From the NCBI GenBank assembly GCA_051362555.1, contig CM120640.1, forward strand, positions 2,790,001 through 2,854,000: 64,000 nt of DNA, in the 5' to 3' direction. This document shows positions 13,335 to 24,331 of the stretch, in pieces (the stretch's first letter is position 1; every line of letters begins with the position of its first letter). The position numbers were made by a program, and so were the translations under genes. A model generated the notes under the pieces. It saw nothing but the letters and a program-made list of their open reading frames with translations, was not told where the DNA came from and ran no database searches. This DNA comes from Lingula anatina. Lineage: Eukaryota; Animalia; Brachiopoda.

Positions 13335-16300
13335 CTCAGTGATTTGGTCAATCAAAATATCTTAAACATCTGGACAAACATCGTGAAACGTTTAAGACCA
13401 CCGGGACGCATTGCCGTGAATTACAAATACTATCATGTTTAATGGATCAAAATAACATGATCTATGTGTTTTCCAAATTGAAGTATCCTAGCAGTCGTCT
13501 GTCAAAATAGACCCTCGGTGTTAAACTGAGTTTATATCAACATGCTCGGTTTCCTCAGAGCAGATGCTAAATCTTAGGCACTGGACAGTGTATAAACTTT
13601 GCAACCGAACTATGCAGTCAATATTGCAGGGACATTTCCATCTCCATTTGTAAAGAGTCGAAAATTTCTTGCTAAATTTAACTTCAGCAGTTTGAAAACA
13701 TGACAACAAAGCGACAGTATCACAATGCGATTTATACAGCTGATTTGTAAAGTATGGTAAATATTCGTATGAATACAGTCTTTATTTATGTAACCGTTTC
13801 TGGTGTGGTATTCTCTCTCACTCTTTTTTTTTTTCAAACCCCGGTATTGGTACTTGTAAGTCAGACCATTGAAAAGAGGCGTGAGGTATGTGCAACCGCA
13901 CCGCGCAGCTGGCAAATCTCTGACGGGTTAAAACAACTATGGGAGTTGTGTTTTTGTAGTAACACACTGAGGCTAATCGTCCGCAATATCGTTTCTTTTG
14001 TTTGTGCACAATGTAAGTGTGCTGAGGGCGGGGACTCCAGTCTTAGGGAAGGCTATTAAGATAAATAATAATTACGCTACCGGATTGCAATCAAAGCTGA
14101 CACACGTGGCCCCGAAACTGACACCGCTTCAGAAAAGTGTGAATAATTACAATCCCCCTTTCTTCAGGTGTTAATGTTGCTGCGTCAGGTGCTCAACAAT
14201 CAAGAATCCAATTAAGAACAAAAAAGCAGGAGGCCAATCAACACGTTCACCAGGCTTAAAGTTGTTAGGGCAAATTCCTGCATTTTAATGGGCTTAATTA
14301 ACTCGTGATTAGGTTGTCATTAATTACCTGACACCATCGGATACGGGGTAACACGTGCTGGTGCAAAGAGAGCTGGGAATAGCCGTGTTGATCCGACACC
14401 TCAGCTTGGATTACATCTTATTTCTAAACAACTTCATGTGGGCCTCTACTTTGAGGGAAATAATAACAGTTTTTAATCCTGACACGGTGTTGACACGCGG
14501 CATTCATGTATGTCATTTAACACGCACATTTGGTGTTTGTGAAACCTAATTACCCATAATGTTGGCTAATAATGTTTGCCAATGGTAGCTTTCTGTACAA
14601 AATGGATATATGACTTGGCATTATCGACAACATTTGGCAGGTTGTAAGGGAATACGCTAGTATCATCAAATTTCGATAAAAATTTCCACACGAATCAGAC
14701 GGTCTTACTTACAGTCCGTTAAGCAATTTTGAGTGGTAAAAGCGTTCCGTAGGCTGTACCTACTTTCTAAATCACTTAAACTTTTTACTGCTTTTACATT
14801 AAAGTAAAGTGCATCCTCCTCTTCACTGAAGAAATCCTGAGACTTTTTTCAGGTCATTTGAGACGACGACTTTCTTTTTTTTTTCTTTGTTTAAGTTTAG
14901 TATGACTGGTGTCGATGAGTCAACTTGACAACAAGAAAATAATCAATTGAAAATTTCCAGTAGCCAGGGAATACTCTGCTTTTGCTAATTATATGCCAAC
15001 AATCATTAAAAGATTTATAAATAACGAGAAACTGGTGTATTAAGTAACCGAAATTTAAAACAAAGTTTACGTCAAATATTCCATAACAGCCATTACTAAT
15101 GGAACAATTTCAGAGTCAACACAGGGGAGAAACGGGGTAAAGTTGACGATAGTTCAGGTCAGAAGTCCGCCATTATTTCACATACGCAAGCCGAAGTGTA
15201 TTTATAATCTGCATAAGAAAGTGACATATTTTCTTAACCCACGTGGTGAGCGTGTGCGAAAGCGTGCTCATTACAATCGAATGTTCAAATACGCTCAATT
15301 ATACAATACCAATTGAATCGTTTTAATAGCCACATCGCAATTGTCACCTTTGCCGGCGCTCGTTATGTACAAATTAGAGCCCAGGGCAGTCCTGCCTGAA
15401 TCAATATTTTGAACAATCTTAATTGTCGCGCCAAGGGCAGCATTTTTTAAAATGAAAGTTAATAATTATTTGATGGCAATCAATTTTTCTGCTCTTTAAA
15501 AAAAGCGTCAATTAAAATGGATTCCAGGACGAATATTTGAAGTTTTTTAGTTATATTGAGTAACAGTCTTCAATCTAACCATAAAACATGAAGCACCCAT
15601 AACTGTCAGTTGTATCGACAGCGGTAAAAAAGATTTTTTCTTTCTGTCACGACCTGGTCCGCCATCCTTGCCGTAACATGGTGTCATTCGGATGTTAACA
15701 CAAAGAATTTTCGCCGAAAGGCTATGTTTTAAAATGTAGTGCTTTGTTGAAAACTTTCAAGCCGGGTTCACGCCAAAGTGGCACAATTAATCACAACCTC
15801 ACGCTCTCGCCCCGTAGCAGATTTTAATTCGGGAATGAGAAGCAACAACTATATCACTGTCAACTTCTCACCACTTCTGTCTTGTAAAACAACTTTCCTT
15901 GTTTTTTCCCTTTCTGAAACACGGGTATGCCATTAATCAATTCACATGGCAAGATGGAACCGGAGAAACAAGCGCGTATAAAACATGAAGCCGGGGTTGG
16001 GGTTGGGTGGGGTTGGGGTGGTACAGAGGCACGTGCTGGGATGGCAAGGAACACTGTACCCATGTCTTGGAGGTCGTGGGCGGGGTTGGGGTAGGGGTGG
16101 GGGGTGTAGGGTGGAGGAGAAATCTGTTGAATTCAGCCAATATATGGCGTAATTGCGTGTCGAAATAACTCCTACGCCACAAGTGTGATACTTTCCCTAT
16201 TGATTCCACACACTTTTTCTTTATTAGATGGAATAAACAGCAACCGGCATCCCAGTGGATGGGGTGGTCGCGGTCTGTGCAATAAACAAGAGCTCTATAA

Positions 16301-18280
16301 ACATGAGTTTTTAGTATATCTTATTGTCAAATCGGGATGTTCCTGAAGAAACTACGTACATCATACATGGCCACACAAGGTGCTCTGCTGCAGCTGTGGC
16401 ACAGTGCGGCTAGAACTGTCTCAGCTCCCGCGGTCTGATTTATCGGCCCCACACTTGGATGCGCTTGAGAAGAACTCGTGTCGGTTTATTGTACCATGAA
16501 CCGCACATATGCAACAGTCGTTGGATAGTCGCTATTTTAAATTTCTTTGGTGTATTTGGTGGTTTGCGCTGTCCATGTATTTGATTTATAGGTCTGCCTC
16601 TTTGGCGCGAAACTGCAGTCCTGTTACAATAGATATGAAAAATATAAGATTGATGCATACCAGCTTTCAGAATTTTATTTTATATTATTTATCTGTTTAT
16701 TGGGCAAATTTGTGAAATGAAGTAAGATATAATGTAATATGGAAGTCAAGCTGTGCTTAAAATTGACCCGCCAGTGGAAACATAAAACGCTCTAAAATCA
16801 CTTAACGCGGGAAAGAATATCTCCGCACGTATGATGCTGGATGATTAATTTCAGCAATATTCCACGTATTTCAATGAATATCTAAGATGTTCAACTATCC
16901 CCAGGACATGTTAAACCAAGGCCGTAACCTAGGGTGCTAATTATAATTCCCGTGACACGAGGGCTAACGTGGGGGTATATTTCATTCTTCGTTCAGTTAT
17001 GGTCTTGGTTTTCTTGTCTATTGTGCCCAGCCCTGATCTGTAAACAAACACGAACAGCTCTGGTCCCTAACCATAGCCATAGAGTTGCAACATCACAGTT
17101 GGGTGGTTCGTAATGAACTCCCATAGAGTGCCTTTCGATACACAGCCCCCCTCTTGCGGCGCAGTAAAACAAGCCCACATTGTACGAAGCCCAATCAAGT
17201 GTGAAGTTTGATTTCTCCTCTATTTACCTTCTTTGGTTTATTTTACATGGCGCGCTGGACAACGTGGAAGGCCCAAATGCAACGTTATCCCAGCTTGTGA
17301 GTATTGCGTAATTGCACAACCCCTAGTGGAGTCCCATCAGACCCAGTGTCACCCAAAGAGAAAGAAGGAGCAACTTATTACCAAACTGATTGAATAGCAT
17401 TTCTCCTCTTCGGTGCATTTTACTTCATATTCACCCTTTCTTGTTTTACTTTCGCCAAAAGATCACGTCGTAATTGCAGGTGTTACAATAAGCAGATTAA
17501 AGGTGTAAAGGAAACAATTGTGTAAAGGATTATATTCCGTTATTCCAGTTTTGTGGTTTTTACGATAATTTTGCAACTATCTACAATATTTCTCAACACG
17601 CTTACCGCCTCTCTATGGAAAGACAGTTTGGTGCAGGGCTCAAGCATTTAGGAATACTTAGGGTTAAAGGGGGCGCTGCTTATTAACCTAATATCAGTCT
17701 ACCGTGTTAGACTTTTGTCTAATGCAAATTTGAAATCAGTATGTTCGAAAATCATTGAGTCAGTGTGACCTTCAGATACACAGGGTCTGTCGGTCATGTC
17801 GGTCATGTTGCGCGTAGCCTGCTTATTAGCTATATGACCTTACGTTCTGGCAAAGATATCAAAGATAGATAGGTAGAAAGATAGATAGATAGTTCAGAGA
17901 AACGACAACCAAGTAAAGCGATAAGCTTCCCGACACAGCCCTGACACCACTGTCTTCCGTTTCTCCCGCGGGTTTCTAGACTTTAAAATGTTTCACACGG
18001 TATTTCTCAATATTTTTCCATCACTGATCTTCTAAAAAGGTTAAATGAATGTATAAGTTTATTTCGATGGTAATATTTTAATATGTAAAGGCTAACGTAA
18101 GTTACTTTTATTTTTGTCTTTTGTTTTTTGTACATGGCACTGATGGAATTCGTTTCCTACGCTGATTCTGTTTAAATGATGTTTATGAAGTGGAACAGAT
18201 TGCGTTTGTTGAGATGATCAGCCGTGCGACAACTGATGCATTGTAAGCAGGCTTTCATAGTCCACTCCAGATCTGAGTTA

Positions 18281-18414
18281 CCCTCTACCAGGGCCGCAGA
18301 CTTTATAAATTATGTGTACTTTTCTCAAACGCGTGGAGAAAAGTACCACCGTTTATCTAGAGACATATCTGTGAATATCTAGTGAAAATATCAATCTGTG
18401 GTCCTGGTGGAGGG
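18281..18414. mobile_element. Small MITE-like element with ~20-bp imperfect TIRs and flanking TA
   Basis: taCCCTCTACCAGGGCCGCAGA (18279-18300) is inverted relative to TCTGTGGTCCTGGTGGAGGGta (18395-18416). Confidence 0.5.
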
Positions 18415-18804
18415 TAGATCTTAGTCTATGTAAAAAGCTAGGCCTAAATAGATTCCCTTATCTTTAAGTAAGTGTATTTCTGAAATATAAAAAAACCTAC
18501 AAATCAAGATAAGGAAACAATCACCACTCATATTGAGGAACTCCAGAAATCATATAGTGAGCAGCCACTAGTATTGGTATGGTAAGAACAAATTGGACAT
18601 TCATAGTCTAAGATCAGGTGAAGCTACATGCACAATGTCTGGCTGCCTCTTAAAAAGCAGCCCTAATGGAAACCGCAGTAGACGTTTATATTAAAGAGAA
18701 TAAAGGAACAAATTTGCTTCACAACCAGTATGCTTTTAATCTTTATTTATCGTTGAAAATAAGATAAATGAAATGAGCACTTCATCCCCAATACAGTGTC
18801 TGTG

Positions 18805-18869
18805 ATTATATTATATTATATTATATTATATTATATTATATTATATTATATTATATTATATTATATTAT
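18805..18869. repeat. (ATTAT)n microsatellite, ~13 copies
   Basis: Perfect pentamer run read directly. Confidence 0.95.
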
Positions 18870-19771
18870 CGTCTGAGTGTACCGAATTAGAACATAAAAG
18901 CAAATAGTAAACACGACAATGTAATTGACTTTAGACCATTGAAATGGGATGTGCAGAATTTGGAAGAAAATATCATAAATCAAAAATGAAAGGTGTTTGT
19001 CATACCATATGCCCCTATTGACCTACCATACGATTTGCCCGATACATTTTTATTTACGTTTGGCTGATCAAAAAGGAATTAAGTTTGGCCAATTTTTTAT
19101 ATATTATGCTTTAGTAATCTAATGGGGGGGGGGGGTGAAAGCCGTCCAATATGCACGTCGATATGATGGTGTTAGTTATCTTCTCTCCCGGTCAATCATT
19201 GGTTATCTGTTGACCTAATAAATAACCGATAAGCCTAATCTTAATAATGATACACCAAAACGTAAATCTAAATCTACTGTCCTCATTGTTCATTATAAGT
19301 AAACAACAGCACTGTTGTATGATAAATACACTAAATGGTACTTCTCTGAGTTTAACAGACACAGTTATAAACTGTATTCGAATTCAAGTTGACACAAAGT
19401 TTTAACATTTCAGACTATTGCCTATTTGTGGTTGGAAAGGAATAAACATGCCACGGTAAGTAACACCTTTTAAGGATATTAAAATATCTAAGGGCCACGG
19501 GCCCTATCTCCCGGTCACACGCCACTTTTTTCGGTATAAGTTTTTTCACTTTAAGTGCATAAACCCGAGAAGTGCCCTGTATTAAGCTATATACAGATAT
19601 ATCATATTTTCCATGTATTATTTCATATTTGCAAACGTCCATCAAAATAAGAATTCGACAAAATGATAATGATAAACTGTACTTCAAAATCAAATGTAAT
19701 ATTCTATACGTGATGCTATCCCTGTATTTCACATTATCAGTAATTTACAATTTCTGTGAAATATTTTAAGA

Positions 19772-22000
19772 TCAATTCACATTTTTCCTACCGCTCCCCC
19801 AGGACTGGGCGTGGTAAGTGATGGTGTAGGCATTAGGGTAGTGTTCTTTACAACGCTGAAGCTCGCTGTCGGTCATCTGGTTGAAGTCCTTGCAATGTGT
19901 CTTGGCACCGCCCCAATTAAAGGGGTTGAAGTAACATGGCGGGAAGACAACATAATCATCATGGTACTTTGTATAATTTTTCAGTGCGTCCATTACTACT
20001 TGTGGTCCTGTGACGAACTCCGGTCTCCCGGAAGTGTTGTTTTTAGGTAGATCAGCCAAAAGCTGAAACGGAAAAGTTTCTCCCATGAAATATGTCATTA
20101 TATTAACATCAATGTGACAAATAAAAAAAATCGAAGGCAATTCAATTACTCTATTAATGAATGTAAAACCAGTTGTATTAATCAGCAATGCTCCAACCGA
20201 TTTACGAACAAAAGCTACGTGCGATGGGGGTATAAGTTTAATCCCGAACCCTTTTTAATTTATCTCATTTACACAATAACTTAATATATTCTACTTTGAA
20301 CAGGAACAGGAACTTCACCACAACATATACTCTTGCTAAAAATGACGGGATATTCCCACAGAATATTGGTCCTGCCCTTTCAATCAGTTCAAATTTACAC
20401 ATGTTTTATTCAACTAGTGAAATAGTTTTTTTTTACGTACCTCTACAGAGGGGTGACAAAATTATTGCACAATTTTGCTTACAGTTGAACAACAGCTGTA
20501 TTTGCTAGTTCTTTTCAATTAGTATTTTATTGAAAACTTTTAATGTCAAGTTAATATCTTCACTACAGGTTTACAGAACAGTGATTTTCCCTTACAAAAC
20601 GCATGTTATTATGTCAGTATTTATATTCTGTAGGGTAATCACGTGATCTCAATATGGCAACAATCTCAGGTTTTTAATGTCTCTCAGGTTTTTAAATTAG
20701 GTAAGCGGCTGGTGATTAGGCAGGCCCTTCCACCCTGTTGATTCCATGCTGGTAAAGTCACTCTTGTATACAGCCCTGGTCCTGGGGTAGATGTTAGGCG
20801 TGATCTGCGTAGATGTTATGGGGAAATTTTCTTTTGAATTACATGCTTATTGCATATCATCCTATCATCCCGTCAAAGATTTTGTCAATCTGCTCAGAAT
20901 TGTTATGCAAAGAACACAAGAAATATTATTCTATGAATTTTGTATACTATTGTAACTTTTTACGATAATTGACTAATGCTGCAGTCAACTATAGAAAGGG
21001 TTTTGTGACAAGATAACAGTGGTCTTTTAAAATGATAATTATATCTTAAATTTTCGAAATATTTCGAAATATTCCATCATTTTTTTAGCAGGAGCGTTTG
21101 TTACCATTTCTGCAGAAATACACAAATATTCTAGGAAGAAAAGGTCAGTCAAATGGAACGTGTTAGTAGAGATCTCACCTGTTTCCAGAAGGGGTGTCCA
21201 GCTCGTGACATCATGAAGGAATTCTGTATGTATGGGTAATCTGGATACTTGTGTCCGTCTCGGCGTAGGTCCATTGATTCAAATATCAAATCTTTAACAA
21301 GGAGGTGCTCAAAAGACCTAAAACATTCGTAATCCAGATCCACATATATTCCCCCGTACTGGTAAAGGTAAAAATATCTGACGGCATCTGCTCTTTTGAT
21401 ATTTGCGTCATATGCGTCGTACGTCTTTAAAAACCATGGGTAGTGCGTTTTGATAAACATTCTGTTGTCTTTGTCTGTCCATAATTTATATTCCCAGTCA
21501 GGAAAACAAACTCTCCAAGACTTTTGCCATTTTGCGAAGCGTTTTGGTAAATCTTTGGTTTTCCAGGATTGATGAATAATTTTAGGAATCACTAAATTTC
21601 TAGTCTGCAATTTAATTAAGATTTCCCTATTTATATCTGGAGGACACGAGAGATTTAATCTTTTGATGTAGTAGAATGATTCATTAGTAATTTTCCCATT
21701 GGATTGTTTTTTTGCCGCTGTAGCCAGATATAGTTTGTTCGAAATGTTCCCAATCGGTTGAGCTGTTGTGTTGTGGTTACTCGTGATCCAATGTTGTCGA
21801 CTCTGACTTTTTTGAATGGATGGAGTCGAGACGGATATCGCAGCATTTTCTTCTCCCCTTGATTGATGTGGCGTCACATTTTCACTCTTGTGCGAAGTCC
21901 ATAATTTCAAAATGATTACTGCTAAAAGGAGGAAGATAAGGATTTTTCTCAAATGTCTTTTAAAATAGATTTTTACACAGCCTGATTGTAGTGCAGCCAT
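19772..22000 (-). CDS. Glycosyltransferase family 32 (DXD; SUR1/CSH1/OCH1-like), type II membrane protein, ~370 aa, copy A
   Basis: Exon 1A 22000..21179 (274 codons, donor CAG|GTGAGA, phase 0) joins exon 2 20062..19772 (acceptor TTTCAG|CTT, phase 0). N-terminal TM anchor; motifs IPKIIHQSWK, WEYKLWTD, RADAVRYFYLYQYGGIYVDLD, NSFMMSRAGHPFW in exon 1; VTGP, YFNP, HAQSW in exon 2. Confidence 0.9.
20803..20884. repeat. ~80-bp direct repeat, second copy at 22425..22506, flanking GT exon 1A
   Basis: Both sites share atctgc..atgttatggg..aatttcttttgaattacatgcttatt..tatcatcctatcatcc..aagattttg. Confidence 0.85.
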
Positions 22001-23098
22001 TTTTCAATACTTCTCTGAGCAAATTCAGGATGCCTCAGTGATCAGTCTGATTTAAACATCTTATTTTCATTTACGTGTAATGGATATGGGGTATTCAAAA
22101 AGTTCTTGGAAACCACTTGTTTATTGATAATAGTTTATTGAGACGTATAAAATCGAATTTACCGGTTCTACGTTCAAAGTAATTATATGTACTTCTTTTA
22201 GATATGCACTTTCAAAAAACAGATCTGATCTTTTTATTTCATTTTTTGTCTGCTGATTAACGCGATTGTTAAAGAACACCGTGAACTTTTTCAACACTGT
22301 ACGTTGTCAACAACACTCTAATCCAAGCCCACATAGTCTACCCTCATTGTTAATTGCCTTCAGCTCAAAACACTTCGACTAAAACATCCCTTATCACATA
22401 GTATATGTATTGCCTCAGTGAAAAATCTGCATAAATGTTATGGGACAAATTTCTTTTGAATTACATGCTTATTAAGTATCATCCTATCATCCTGCATAAG
22501 ATTTTGAAGTTGATTAACAATGCGACACAATGTTGTCCAGAGTCACTGGCGGTGACACAGAAGGGGTAATATCAGACACCTGCTTCCGATTTTTAAAATC
22601 TCAATTTTTTTTTATGTCAAACTAATAAGCATCATCTGAGTTAAAAACCCATGTCATATATTGGGGCCTCATTCATATAATTATCAAAAAACGGCCAGGG
22701 AGTTTAAGCAATGCACGTCTTTTATTTCCAGGTATATACATGATAAAGGCACTGATATCATACCATGTTTTCTCGCAAAAACGTTCACAGGCTTTTAATA
22801 CATTATGTTTCATATTTCAATGGTATGCCCTATCCTTCCATGAGGGTTGCCAGCAAAATCTCGCTTAAGTATGTCATCACCGGAGTTATTAATATTGATT
22901 GATATAGCCACCTTTAAAAGACGAATAATAACATTAAACAAGGCAGCAAAGCTGTCAAATGTACAGACAAAAAGCAGAAAATAATAATGCACAAAATAAG
23001 GCTACTTTCAATTCTGATGCAAAAATACATTATGCTTAACTGCAAAGTCAACATCAAATTCTAATTATGCGTAACAAGTAATACCAGTGTAAGTAAAA

Positions 23099-23649
23099 CA
23101 GGCCTACCCAACTACCAGACTCGGCACCTAAGGATCCAGAATTAACCGGTATATCAGACCCCACTTCCCGTTTTCAAGGTGTGTGTCAGATCGCATTTCG
23201 GAGTATCAGCCAGAACACCGATAGGATGAGCCCTGGCATGCTCGGCTGTCACCTTGATTGGATAGTAAACGATTGTCGTAAAATCGCTATATGATTTTAA
23301 AACCGGGTGCATTAATTTGAAAGCCACCTAGATGAACCTTAGACTGCCACATTAATCTAATACAATGCAAAAAAGCCCTATCAAAAGTGGTTAAATCATT
23401 CAAACCGAATGTCATAAAGTCCCTTTATATCCCCATAGAGACAACAAAATAGAGTACTCTAAAGTAAGAGTACAGTTTAAGGTTGTTCAGCCGAGCGTGG
23501 ATGAGCCCGCAGTCGTGCTACAAAATTTGTTCTTAGGTATGATACTCCGAAATGCGATCTGACACACACCTTGAAAACGAGTAGCGTGGTCCGATATACC
23601 GGTTAATTCTGGGCCCTTAGGTGCCGAGTCTGGTAGTTGGGAAGGCCTG
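23099..23649. mobile_element. Non-autonomous DNA transposon (MITE), 551 bp, ~110-bp TIRs, 5-bp TAAAA target-site duplication
   Basis: 23099..23207 (CAGGCCTACCCAACTACCAGACTCGGCACC...) is the near reverse complement of 23540..23649. TAAAA occurs at 23094-23098 and 23650-23654. Confidence 0.88.
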
Positions 23650-24331
23650 TAAAATAAGTAACAAGCATAAGGCTTCAGGCCCATGAGAGTTCAAGTTCAT
23701 ACTTTGAAAACGCCATAATGAGAATAATGAAAATTAAACCACTTGAAACTACATCTCCATAGAATAATTGAAAATAAAAAACAATGTCCACACTGTAATG
23801 TAATAAGTAAATCCCTTTGAAAAAAAGTGAATAATAACGCTGAGAGCAAAGTCAGCGGCTACATCTATGCTCTGCATTGAGTCTGATATCTTACGTAAAG
23901 ATCTCAATATAGTAAAAATTATTTTTTATGAAAATTCACTTCTCACTCGTTGTCAAAACTAAGGAAAGTGGAAGAGTTATTGTAGATGATTACGACAAAC
24001 ATCGCTTAGCTGTTTTTACTCCCACTTTCGTCCAAACCATAGACCTAAATGTGGTTTTATGAAAAATAACTTTTTAGAAGTAGTAGAAATAGGTCATCTT
24101 TTGACTGATAGTAACAAACAGTCCTCACAAACTTTTCACTTCCGTATACGACATGCGCAATGCATGCCCCAGAAGAAAACCACAAAGAGATATGTCCCTT
24201 TTCATTGTGTCTCCTTAAAAACGACGGTGTGACCTTGATCCAGTACGGCAGGCTGAATATGTACCAGTTCTTAGCTGAATGGCTCCCCCTATGGTGGCAT
24301 TATAAGTATGGTGTTTTCTTATATCAAATAG

